Assembly (NCBI GenBank): GCA_964565335.1
Contig: CAZMEN010000001.1
Span: 43,398-107,397, forward strand
Direction of reading: 5' to 3'
DNA: 64,000 nt
Source of the DNA: an uncultured Algimonas sp.
GTDB lineage: Bacteria > Pseudomonadota > Alphaproteobacteria > Caulobacterales > Maricaulaceae
Part shown: positions 11,154-20,260 of the stretch, piece after piece
How the letters are laid out: each line of letters opens with the position of its first letter
Numbering within the stretch: the first letter of the stretch is position 1
Made by a program: the position numbers and the translations under genes
Notes under the pieces: model-generated
The model's input: the letters and a program-made list of their open reading frames with translations, nothing else
The model's database searches: none
What the model was told of the DNA's origin: nothing

Positions 11154-12095
11154 TTACGCCGAACAACTCCCGCCGCCTAAAACGCAAAAGCTCGCGCAAT
11201 AGGGATGGTTGAGAGAGACCGCTTTTCGCGCTTCTTTCAGTGTGCCTCCTAATTCAAAACGCTCATCATAAGGAATAAGGGTGCAAGCCACGACGGCGGC
11301 TGTTCCCGCACCTTTGCGCTTAACAACCATACGGCTGTTTGAGCACATTTGTGCGGACGGTGATGTGTTCAGAATATCCCAACACGCTGTTGTGATTTCG
11401 GGCGGATCATCCCCCTCTTTCATTTCGGGAAATAAGACCAAACACGATGTGTCCGCTGGGTCTATACCAAGTTTGTAATCCTCAATAATTTGGGCGTAGC
11501 CTGCCCGCGAAACGGTCTCTTCTTCGCCCCAAACGGTGCGGCCTGCCAAATCAATTTCAAAGCCTTCTTCGGCCAACCAATGCAAGCCAATCATGGCCGA
11601 AGAAAACGCCCCCTGCCCCCGTTCCGCGTCATGTAAATCTTGCGAGTAATGATCGAGGCTGACGCGAAAACGCATTTGCGCATTATAGCGTGTTTGCAAA
11701 GCTTTAAGAGCCTTTTGAACGCGTGCGCGCATGAGTGGTTTCATGGCGTTGGTGAGGATAAGTGCGTCGTGACCGCGGCTAACTGCGGCCTCTATCATGC
11801 CCGCCATCTCCGGCGCGAGAAAAGGCTCCCCGCCCGTAAAGCCAATTTCAATTCCGCGCTCACCCGCTGCGCTCAGCTCCTCCAAATAAGGTACGACATC
11901 ATCGACGGTCAGATAAACAAGGCGGTCATTTTTTGGGGAGCTTTCAATGTAACAATTCAAACACTCAATATTACACAATGTGCCCGTATTAAACCAAAGC
12001 GTCTTCGTCCCGTCATATTTAACCCAAGCGCGCGTTTCGCCCTTGGCTGTTTTGTGCGGATCTGAAAATTTGGTCTTTGGCGCTGCGTCTAGGAT
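11154..12095 (-). CDS. Radical SAM protein, probable ATC start
   Basis: CNIECLNC (CxxxCxxC), FTGGEP and a Cys-rich C-terminus. The frame is open upstream of the track's TTG at 11978 (KFSDPHKTAKGETRAWV...TLWFNTGTLC) with no ATG/GTG/TTG; ATC at 12095 lies 7 nt after GAGGT. Confidence 0.85.
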   Translation of the reverse strand: MLDAAPKTKFSDPHKTAKGETRAWVKYDGTKTLWFNTGTLCNIECLNCYIESSPKNDRLVYLTVDDVVPYLEELSAAGERGIEIGFTGGEPFLAPEMAGMIEAAVSRGHDALILTNAMKPLMRARVQKALKALQTRYNAQMRFRVSLDHYSQDLHDAERGQGAFSSAMIGLHWLAEEGFEIDLAGRTVWGEEETVSRAGYAQIIEDYKLGIDPADTSCLVLFPEMKEGDDPPEITTACWDILNTSPSAQMCSNSRMVVKRKGAGTAAVVACTLIPYDERFELGGTLKEARKAVSLNHPYCASFCVLGGGSCSA

Positions 12096-12218
12096 GTTCG
12101 AAACCTCGAATAAGTCGAAAATAGATATGACCGCTATACAGGGTTATTCTTCTTTTCCAAGTCAGGGATGGTGAGCCGCCCTCAGCCAGCCCCACTAGTC
12201 CGCTTTCGGGTGGGTAGC

Positions 12219-12247
12219 TTGACAACCCCTAAGTGTTAATTGATAAA
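12219..12247 (+). promoter_or_regulatory. Putative sigma70 promoter of the 12267 gene
   Basis: TTGACA, 17-nt spacer, GATAAA; ATG 12267 follows AAGGAA. Confidence 0.55.
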
Positions 12248-12266
12248 AATACTCGAAAGGAATTTT

Positions 12267-13760
12267 ATGCGTTTTTTGTTAATTATGTGCCTTTGGGTAT
12301 TGGGCACTTTACCGGCTTCGGCCGCTTGGGTTGAGGCAAAGTCAGAAAATTTTATCTTCGCCGGAGATGTGTCTGAAAAACGCGCGAAATTAATTATCAG
12401 CGAATTGGAAGAATATCGCACGACGATCTTTAACCTTTTCAAATGGGGCGCAGAAACTGAATTAGTCCCCGTGCGGGTCTATGCGGTTGAGGACTCCAAA
12501 GACATCGAAGATATTACCGGCAATGAATGGGCAAGCGGAATTTATACATCAACCGACGAAGGGCCCGTCTTTATCATTAGCGTCAAAGGCGGCTTTCGGC
12601 GCGGCAGCCCAGCGCGCAATACGGCCTATCACGAATATACCCACCACCTCATCAATATGTATAGCGGCACGATTTATCCGCAATGGTATAATGAAGGCAT
12701 GGCCGAGTATCTATCCACCTTTGATGCACGTAACAGCAAACTCATCAAAATTGGGCTGCCAAATAAATATCGATCACTGGCGTTAAGCCGAAAGAATTGG
12801 TTGGATACGGCTCTGATTGTCAATGCGGTCAGAAGCTACCCTTGGCGAAATGGCGGGGCAAATTCTGCCGTCATCGATCAATTTTATGCGCAAGCTTGGC
12901 TTGCCACACATTATATTCAATCGACGCCCGAGATGACTGAAAAACTCATAGATTATATGCGCCTCATCAACTCAGAATATCGCCCCGCGCAAGCCTTTGA
13001 GAAATCTTTTGGTATGACGACTGCGGAATTTGAAGGTGTTTTGAAAAACTATTATAAGCGCAACAAATTTATGACCTTACGGGTGAGCCTCGACGAAGGA
13101 TATGCGCCCGAAGCCGTTTCTACCCGTAAGCTATCTAAAGGCGAGCGTCACTTCCATTTCGCTGAAGCTATTCGGCGCTATGGCCGCAATAAAGACTCAT
13201 TTGAACGCGCGGAGGGTTACTACCAAAAAGCACTCGCAGAGGGCGGGCCAAAAGCGCAAATCGCCGCTTCCCGCGCGATTGTGGCTCTCGGACTTGAGAA
13301 AGAAGACGCTGCCAAGAGGTTTGCGAAAGACGCTCTTACGCTTGCGCCGAATGATAGCCGTACACTGCATATTGCGGGACATGTCGGCGTTCATACCTTT
13401 AAGGACACAGGCCTGACGACAAGCGAGGAACAATTAGAAACGGCGCGGGACAATTTGATAAAAGCCATGAAGGCCGACCCGCGAAACATCCAGGCCCATT
13501 ATGATTACGCCATGAGCTATTTTCTCTCTAGCCAAGAACCGAATAAACAAGCCCTTAGTTCTGCTGAAGAAACTTTATACTATTACAGAGGCCGCAGTTT
13601 CATTGATCATAATTTGCCGATTGCGCAGCTTTTAATGGAGGCAGGCAGGACTGACCTCGCAAAATATGTTTTTAAACGCGCCACTGTTTGGTCAAATGCT
13701 CGAAGCAATAGAAGTACGGCGGAAAGACAATTACAGAGAGCCCTGACACAATCCCCATAA
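12267..13760 (+). CDS. Secreted gluzincin-type metallopeptidase-like protein with TPR region (DUF1570-like)
   Basis: Signal peptide (LPASA); HEYTH followed by NEGMAEY; C-terminal helical TPR-like repeats. Confidence 0.7.
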   Translation: MRFLLIMCLWVLGTLPASAAWVEAKSENFIFAGDVSEKRAKLIISELEEYRTTIFNLFKWGAETELVPVRVYAVEDSKDIEDITGNEWASGIYTSTDEGPVFIISVKGGFRRGSPARNTAYHEYTHHLINMYSGTIYPQWYNEGMAEYLSTFDARNSKLIKIGLPNKYRSLALSRKNWLDTALIVNAVRSYPWRNGGANSAVIDQFYAQAWLATHYIQSTPEMTEKLIDYMRLINSEYRPAQAFEKSFGMTTAEFEGVLKNYYKRNKFMTLRVSLDEGYAPEAVSTRKLSKGERHFHFAEAIRRYGRNKDSFERAEGYYQKALAEGGPKAQIAASRAIVALGLEKEDAAKRFAKDALTLAPNDSRTLHIAGHVGVHTFKDTGLTTSEEQLETARDNLIKAMKADPRNIQAHYDYAMSYFLSSQEPNKQALSSAEETLYYYRGRSFIDHNLPIAQLLMEAGRTDLAKYVFKRATVWSNARSNRSTAERQLQRALTQSP

Positions 13761-13943
13761 TGCCGATACTCCCTTAATCTTAGGGAAATTTTGCGGACAT
13801 TTGCCTTGAATAAAAATCCGTTCACGCAACAAGTTTCCAACGTCATGAAGCAAAGACCCGCTCGGTAAAAGATAAAGCAAGCCCTAAAGATAGAGTTCCG
13901 CTTTTACCTTTCCCTTAAACGCTGCGCGAACTAAAGCCTCTTC

Positions 13944-15113
13944 ATGTCATTTGATGTTATTATCATAGGCGCGGGCGCCGCTGGACTCATGTGCGCGGGG
14001 CGCGCTGTTCAACGGGGTCTTAAGGTCCTTGTATTGGATCACGCAAAAAAGCCGGGAGAGAAAATTCGTATCAGCGGCGGGGGACGGTGCAACTTCACGA
14101 ATATTCACTGCACAGCTGATAATTTCATCTCGCAAAACCCGCATTTTGCGCGCTCCGCTCTGGCCCGTTACACGCCGCAGGATTTTATTGACCTCGTAAA
14201 CCGTTACAAAATTGCTTGGCATGAAAAGACAAAAGGTCAGCTCTTTTGCGATAACAGCTCCCAACAGATTATTGATATGCTTTTGGTCGAGGCGGATAGC
14301 ATGACATTGCGGTTGGAGGCGGAGGTTCTTGGCGTCGATAAATATGAAGCAGGCTTCGTCGTCACCACCGCCCGCGAAGCCATCGAATGTCAATCCGTCG
14401 TAGTGGCCTGCGGCGGACCGAGCATTCCAAAAATGGGAGCCTCGCGCTTTGGGTATGAACTCGCCAAGCGTTTCGAGTTGCCCGTTATTGAGCCCGTCCC
14501 CGCCCTCGTGCCGTTGACATTTACGGGGGACTTAAAAGACCCTATTGCCGCTTTATCCGGCGTCAGCACTGATACGATTGTGAGCCATCCGGATCATAGT
14601 TTTGAAGAAGCGCTGCTTTTTACCCATCGCGGCCTTTCTGGTCCGGCAATATTGCAAATCTCCTCTTATTGGTCTCCGGGCGACTCCATTACGGTCAATC
14701 TTACCCCCAAGGCAGATATCTTGTCTGAATTGAAAACGGCACGAACGCATACGCCTAAGATCAGCCCTGAAAATTGGTTGAGCCAGTATTTGCCCAAACG
14801 CCTCGCTGCATATTTTGCAGGCCACATCAAACAGATCCGTCTGGCAGATATGAGCGATGCGGCGCTGAATAATTTGGCTCTCATGATCAATCACTGGCAT
14901 ATTACACCCGCCGGAAGTGAAGGGTTTCGTAAAGCGGAAGTCACAAAGGGCGGCGTCGATACAAATGTTTTATCGTCTAAAACGATGGAGGTGAAAGCTA
15001 TCCCCGGGCTTTATTTCATCGGAGAAGTTGTCGATGTCACAGGGCATTTAGGCGGTCACAATTTCCAATGGGCGTGGGCCAGCGGCATGGCTTGCGCGAA
15101 CGCGCTGAACTAA
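13944..15113 (+). CDS. HI0933/YhiN-family NAD(P)/FAD-dependent oxidoreductase
   Basis: IGAGAAG, KIRISGGGRCNFTN, LFTHRGLSGPAIL and GEVVDVTGHLGGHNFQWAWASG motifs. Confidence 0.92.
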   Translation: MSFDVIIIGAGAAGLMCAGRAVQRGLKVLVLDHAKKPGEKIRISGGGRCNFTNIHCTADNFISQNPHFARSALARYTPQDFIDLVNRYKIAWHEKTKGQLFCDNSSQQIIDMLLVEADSMTLRLEAEVLGVDKYEAGFVVTTAREAIECQSVVVACGGPSIPKMGASRFGYELAKRFELPVIEPVPALVPLTFTGDLKDPIAALSGVSTDTIVSHPDHSFEEALLFTHRGLSGPAILQISSYWSPGDSITVNLTPKADILSELKTARTHTPKISPENWLSQYLPKRLAAYFAGHIKQIRLADMSDAALNNLALMINHWHITPAGSEGFRKAEVTKGGVDTNVLSSKTMEVKAIPGLYFIGEVVDVTGHLGGHNFQWAWASGMACANALN

Positions 15114-15121
15114 GCCTTACT

Positions 15122-15874
15122 CTAAAAAATTCCATCATAGAGAAGCTTGCACCCCGTCAAGAAAATTAAACCGTATATGATGCGGTAGAACAACACTTGA
15201 TCGATCCGTTTTAATAACCATACACCGATAAAAACACCGATTGGCGCAAGCGGAATAAGCATGGCGGAAGTTTTAAGGTTGGTTGCATCAAATTGCCCCA
15301 AGGCGGCATAGGGAATAACTTTTACGGCATTCACAATCGTAAAAAATACGACGGCCGTACCAGCATAAACCTGTTTCTCCAATTTATGCGGGATGGCATA
15401 GGCTTGAAAGGGCGGGCCGCCTGCATGAGCGATAAAACTAGTGAAACCAGCGGTAAGCCCTGCAATGGCGCCCAAGGGTTTGTTCCATAACATCGATTTT
15501 TTTGGGCGGCGCTTTGAAACAGCTCCTGCGACCGCATAAACAGGAAAGAGAATGGCAATCATTCCTACCACAATGCGCGCTATGTCATCATTGACATGCC
15601 CGGCTAAAAGGCCGCCCACAGCAATGCCCACCAAAGCACCCGGCAATGTAAGCCAGAGAAGTCTTTTGCTCCACGTTTTACGGTAAGCCCATAAACTTAC
15701 CCAATCCATTACAATCAGAATAGGCAACATAATGCCCGCGGCTTGGATAGGTGATGTTGTGAGCGCCATAAGCGGTACGGCAAAGAGAGCCAATCCGCCA
15801 AATCCGCCTTTTGAAATACCCGTTACAAGAACGGCAATTACAGCGGTGACCCAAAATATCGGATTGTCAATCAT
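15122..15874 (-). CDS. TauE/SafE family permease
   Basis: GISKGGFGG, AHAGGPP and multiple TM segments. Confidence 0.85.
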   Translation of the reverse strand: MIDNPIFWVTAVIAVLVTGISKGGFGGLALFAVPLMALTTSPIQAAGIMLPILIVMDWVSLWAYRKTWSKRLLWLTLPGALVGIAVGGLLAGHVNDDIARIVVGMIAILFPVYAVAGAVSKRRPKKSMLWNKPLGAIAGLTAGFTSFIAHAGGPPFQAYAIPHKLEKQVYAGTAVVFFTIVNAVKVIPYAALGQFDATNLKTSAMLIPLAPIGVFIGVWLLKRIDQVLFYRIIYGLIFLTGCKLLYDGIF

Positions 15875-15937
15875 AAGCACTCATGACGTTTCGTTTAGGG
15901 ATAGTCTAATGCAAATTTGGAGGTTAAGATGATTTGA

Positions 15938-16711
15938 ATGAATATGATCGATTTAAATGCTGACATTGGCGAAGCCAACACCCCAGAATGGGTTAAAGCC
16001 GAAGCCGATATTTTGTCTTTTGTCAGTTCAGTTAATATTGCCTGCGGCGGCCACGCCGGAGACGCAAGCTCTATGCGGCGCACAGTGAAAAACGCGCTGG
16101 CAAACAACGTTGTCGTCGGCGCGCACCCCGCTTACCCTGACAAGGATAATTTCGGGCGAGTATCCATGACATTGGGCAAAGATATATCCTCTCGAAACCT
16201 TAAAAAAAGCCTGACCCAACAAATCGTATCGCTAGCAGAAATCGCGTTCTCGGAAAATGTCGAATTACGTTATGTGAAGCCTCATGGCGCTTTATACAAT
16301 GATGCGGTCAAAGACGCGGAGAAGGCTAATATCGTCGCGCAAGTTATTTATGACATCGACCCCAATCTGGCTTTACTCGGCGGCCCGCATTCTGAGATGG
16401 AGAAAGCCGCCAAGAATTTTGGGCTGCGGTTCATCGCCGAAGGATTTATAGACCGCCGTTATACAGATGACGGGCATTTATTAAGCCGCGCCATAGACGG
16501 CGCCGTCCTGAAAGAGGATGCAGAGAGAATATCTCAAGCCATAGATATCGCCGCTCGTCAGCAGGTGAAAACGAACAGCGGAGACACTCTATCAATCAAT
16601 GTCGGTTCGCTCTGCGTGCATGGTGACAGCCCCGGCGCGGTTAAGACCGCCAGAAAAGCCAGAAAAGCGCTTGAAAACCATGGCCTGACCGTAAAGTCTT
16701 TCGTAACATAG
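15938..16711 (+). CDS. pxpA: 5-oxoprolinase subunit A (LamB/YcsF)
   Basis: IDLNADIGE, NIACGGHAGD, GAHPAYPD, YVKPHGALYN and LCVHGDSPGA motifs. Confidence 0.93.
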   Translation: MNMIDLNADIGEANTPEWVKAEADILSFVSSVNIACGGHAGDASSMRRTVKNALANNVVVGAHPAYPDKDNFGRVSMTLGKDISSRNLKKSLTQQIVSLAEIAFSENVELRYVKPHGALYNDAVKDAEKANIVAQVIYDIDPNLALLGGPHSEMEKAAKNFGLRFIAEGFIDRRYTDDGHLLSRAIDGAVLKEDAERISQAIDIAARQQVKTNSGDTLSINVGSLCVHGDSPGAVKTARKARKALENHGLTVKSFVT

Positions 16712-16756
16712 CTTATTGGCACACCGCAGAATCAGCTGCAAAAGGGTTATCCATTC

Positions 16757-17443
16757 ATGTCGCTCAGACCGAAAACCTCGAAATTGGAACCTCGCATCGA
16801 ACCTTATGGAGATTATGCTGTTCTGGTGTCCTATGATGTTGAGGGGTATTCTGAGAAAGCTTGTAAAACTGTGCACCGTTTGGCGGACGTTTTACGGGGT
16901 GGAAAAAATTGGACGAATGTCATTCCGGCCTATGACAGCTTAATGCTGACCTTTAATCCGGCAGGTCTCAGCACTGCCTCTGCAGTACAGACCGTCAAAC
17001 GCGCCCTCTCTCATGTTGAAAAATCGAAACGCGAGCGCAAGCCGAAGCCCATTGATATTCCAGTTTTTTATGGCGGCGAGAATGGTCCAGATATGGAAAC
17101 GATTTGCAAAAGCGCCAAGCTCTCGGAAAATCAGGTGATAAAACGTCACAGCGCCAATGTTTACCGTGTTTGCATGATGGGCTTCATCCCTGGCTTCACC
17201 TTTTTGTCTGCTACGGATAAAAAACTCCACCACCCCCGACTGAAAACGCCGCGTGCCAACGTGGCGGCCGGATCCATCGGAATTGCGAACTGGCAGACAG
17301 GCATTTACGGACTTGAAAGCCCCGGCGGGTGGCAGATTATTGGCCGCACCCCTTTGAACATTTTTGATGCCAAACGCGACGATCCTTTTGCGTTAAAGGC
17401 GGGCGATATTGTGCGCTTTATTCCCCAAGGGAGCGCGTCATGA
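16757..17443 (+). CDS. pxpB: 5-oxoprolinase subunit B
   Basis: IPVFYGGENGPD, GFIPGF, PRLKTPR and SPGGWQIIGRT motifs. Confidence 0.92.
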   Translation: MSLRPKTSKLEPRIEPYGDYAVLVSYDVEGYSEKACKTVHRLADVLRGGKNWTNVIPAYDSLMLTFNPAGLSTASAVQTVKRALSHVEKSKRERKPKPIDIPVFYGGENGPDMETICKSAKLSENQVIKRHSANVYRVCMMGFIPGFTFLSATDKKLHHPRLKTPRANVAAGSIGIANWQTGIYGLESPGGWQIIGRTPLNIFDAKRDDPFALKAGDIVRFIPQGSAS

Positions 17444-18387
17444 GCAATGTCTTAATGACCGTTTTAAACGGCGGGGCACATACAACATTACAGGATGCTG
17501 GACGTCCCGGATATCGCCATTTAGGCATTCCAAGAAGCGGCGCGGCCGACCGCCTGTCTTTTGCCATTGCGAATTACCTTGTCGGCAATGACTGGGACGC
17601 TCCTGCATTGGAATGCACACTAGGAGGGCTCCATCTCCGGTTTGAAAAGGATACACAAATTGCCATTTCTGGGGCCGAGATGTGGGCTCAGATTAACGGC
17701 ATGAACATTCAAATGAACCGAGCATTGCCCGTTAAGAAAGGCGACATTCTTACCTTCAGTTTCGCTCGCATCGGCTGCCGTGCCTATATCGCGGCAAAAG
17801 GCGGATTAGTGGGGCAATCTTTTTTACAATCCGTATCAACCTACGCGCCTGCGAAACTCGGCGGGCTTGACGGCCGCGCCTATCGCGTCGGTGATATCAT
17901 TGCGGGTGCCAATCAGGACAATAAAGGCCCGCAATCTCTACCCACAGGTTACACGCCGATTATGTCCCGCCACATCGTATTGCGTGCGCGCTCTGTTTCT
18001 GAATGGGATAGGCTCAGCCCAAATGCACAGCGTTATATGTACACCTCTCCTTTTTTGACCACGCAAGACACAGACCGAATGGGAGCCAGATTGATTGGCG
18101 ATCAGATTGATTTGATAGATCCGTCCCCACTTGTCAGCGGCCCTATTCTGCCGGGAACATTACAAGTCCCGCCTGACGGAAAACCGATTTTGGCGATGAC
18201 AGACGGGCATTGCACAGGCGGCTATGCGCGCGCGCTACAAGTTATTTCAGCTGATCAATGGCTTCTCGGTCAAATCGCGCCCGGGTCACCCGTCAGCTTC
18301 AGACGATGCTTCGTCGAAGAGGCCGCGGATATTTTGAAAGGCCGCAATGCCTTTTATGCGGGCCTTATTCCAGGGTTTCGGTTTTAA
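17440..18387 (+). CDS. pxpC: 5-oxoprolinase subunit C (biotin-dependent carboxyltransferase family)
   Basis: TLQDAGRPGY, GAADR, DRMGARL, GTLQVPPDGKP and TGGY motifs; ATGA overlap with pxpB. Confidence 0.92.
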   Translation: MSNVLMTVLNGGAHTTLQDAGRPGYRHLGIPRSGAADRLSFAIANYLVGNDWDAPALECTLGGLHLRFEKDTQIAISGAEMWAQINGMNIQMNRALPVKKGDILTFSFARIGCRAYIAAKGGLVGQSFLQSVSTYAPAKLGGLDGRAYRVGDIIAGANQDNKGPQSLPTGYTPIMSRHIVLRARSVSEWDRLSPNAQRYMYTSPFLTTQDTDRMGARLIGDQIDLIDPSPLVSGPILPGTLQVPPDGKPILAMTDGHCTGGYARALQVISADQWLLGQIAPGSPVSFRRCFVEEAADILKGRNAFYAGLIPGFRF

Positions 18388-18399
18388 ACCCGACCTCAT

Positions 18400-20172
18400 A
18401 TGAAACCCTTTGTTTTATTAGACGACCAAAAGACGGGCGAGACTCGTTATTTCACCCGTCCCGAAACTGTGATCGAGGCCTCTCATATCCATGATTTGCC
18501 AACGGCCTTCGACCGGATTGAGAAGGCCCAAAACTCCGGATGTTATCTCGCAGGTCTCTTCTCTTATGAACTCGGCTACGCCTTAGAGCCTTCCCTGCAT
18601 GACCGCGTCCCCAAAAATACCGGTCCTTTATTGCAATTAGGCGTTTTCAAAAACCCGCCTAAGCCCGCCCCGGCCCATATGCTTTACAATGCAAAATCAG
18701 TGTCATTGGCTTTAGACCCGAAATGGACATTAGAAGATTACCTAAATCGTTTTGGCGTCATTAAAGGCTATATTGAGTCTGGCGACGTCTATCAGATTAA
18801 TTTGACCTTTCCCATGGAGGGTCAGACCAAACATTCCCTTGCAAAAATTTATGCCTCCTTTCGTCGAGCGCAACCCGGCCGTTATGGCGGCATTGTAAGT
18901 TTGGGCGGTCCAGACGTTATCAGCTTTTCGCCCGAGCTGTTCTTTGAAAAGAAGGGGCAGCACATGCGTATGCGCCCCATGAAAGGAACACGTCCTCGTA
19001 AACACAATACAGCCCAAGATCAGGCGTTACGCGAAGAACTGTTGAATGAACCCAAATCAAAGGCAGAGAACCTTATGATTGTTGACCTGCTGCGCAATGA
19101 TCTATCTCGCCTCTGCGAAGCCGGTTCTGTGAAGGTTCCGGAATTATTTCACGTTGAAACCTACCCAACTGTGCACCAGATGATTTCCGAGGTGACAGGC
19201 ACTTTGCGCGAAGATGTGAACTGGATAGACATCTTCACGGGGCTGTTTCCTTGCGGTTCCGTGACGGGCGCGCCTAAAATCAGGGCGATGGAAATCATTG
19301 ATGATTTGGAAACACAGCCGCGCGGCGCTTATTGCGGGGCAGTCGGTTATATCGCGCCGGATGGCGATGCCTGTTTCAACGTCGCCATCCGAACATTGCA
19401 AATCGATTCTAAAGGCAATCAAGAGAGATCCTTTCGCTATGACGTAGGGAGCGGCGTTGTCTTCGATAGTGAAGGGCGTGATGAGTATGAGGAATGCCGA
19501 TTAAAATCAGAGATATTTGCGTCGTCCAAAAAAGGATTCTTCGAGACATTTCGTTGGGACCCTAATTCGGGCTATATCCGCCTCGATTTACATTTAGACC
19601 GCTTTATGAAAGCTGCGGTAGCCTATAAAACGAAAATCAAAAGATCGACTTTATCTAAATTTTTATCCGAACATGCTCCACACGAAACAATCCCTCAACG
19701 AGTCAGGCTATCCCTCAGTGACAGCGGCGCGCTTAACCTCAGAACCGAAGACCTGAAACCGCTCCAGCGTACACCCGCGCATATTTGCGTGTCGCCTTAC
19801 CCTCTTCGCCCTGCACGGCAAATCACGGCGCACAAAACTGAGAACAGAGATTTTTACGATGGAGAGCGGCATCGTATGCAGGCCCGCTTTCAGGTCGATG
19901 AAGTGCTATTCCAAGCGCCAGACGGCATGATGGCAGAAGGCAGTTTTACGACTCTTTTCATTGAAGAGAATGGCGCGTTACTGACCCCATATTTAAAGCA
20001 CATTCTCCCGGGTGTCTTACGGCAGTCTTTAATCCAAAATGGAGACGCCGTAGAAGCCGCGATTCCTCTTGCTCGTCTGCAATCCGCTGACAAGATTTTT
20101 ATAGGGAATTCATTACGCGGACTTGTACCCGCGAAGCTGATTGAAACGAATAAATCGGTTAAGAGTCCATGA
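18400..20172 (+). CDS. pabB: Aminodeoxychorismate synthase component I fused to a class IV aminotransferase (ADC lyase-like) domain
   Basis: GDVYQINLT, SPELFF, PMKGT, AENLMIVDLLRNDL and FPCGSVTGAPK; C-terminal HLDR...HKT...EGSFT...LPGVLR domain. Confidence 0.9.
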   Translation: MKPFVLLDDQKTGETRYFTRPETVIEASHIHDLPTAFDRIEKAQNSGCYLAGLFSYELGYALEPSLHDRVPKNTGPLLQLGVFKNPPKPAPAHMLYNAKSVSLALDPKWTLEDYLNRFGVIKGYIESGDVYQINLTFPMEGQTKHSLAKIYASFRRAQPGRYGGIVSLGGPDVISFSPELFFEKKGQHMRMRPMKGTRPRKHNTAQDQALREELLNEPKSKAENLMIVDLLRNDLSRLCEAGSVKVPELFHVETYPTVHQMISEVTGTLREDVNWIDIFTGLFPCGSVTGAPKIRAMEIIDDLETQPRGAYCGAVGYIAPDGDACFNVAIRTLQIDSKGNQERSFRYDVGSGVVFDSEGRDEYEECRLKSEIFASSKKGFFETFRWDPNSGYIRLDLHLDRFMKAAVAYKTKIKRSTLSKFLSEHAPHETIPQRVRLSLSDSGALNLRTEDLKPLQRTPAHICVSPYPLRPARQITAHKTENRDFYDGERHRMQARFQVDEVLFQAPDGMMAEGSFTTLFIEENGALLTPYLKHILPGVLRQSLIQNGDAVEAAIPLARLQSADKIFIGNSLRGLVPAKLIETNKSVKSP

Positions 20173-20260
20173 TGGCCATCAACCATCAAATTGTCCGAAA
20201 TGCGAGTGCAAGCTTGACCCGCTTTTATACCCGCCTAAAGTGTAAATCGGACACACCCCT

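Noticed and set aside
11130-11184. 12-bp direct repeat CCGCCTAAAACG as an integration-site duplication
   Set aside because: The two copies are only 43 bp apart and do not flank the HEAT gene; there is no integrase.
11154-11978. Radical SAM gene as a 5'-truncated pseudogene
   Set aside because: The frame continues upstream without stops or frameshifts, encodes a plausible N-terminus and has a well-spaced SD before ATC.
12140-12228. TPP, fluoride or c-di-GMP riboswitch, or IS200/IS605-type end
   Set aside because: Only fragments match (CTAGTGGGG...GGCTGAG, GGGATGG, CGAAAG, GTCAA-CTACCC). The conserved 3' halves are missing and there is no tnpA, tnpB or iscB gene.
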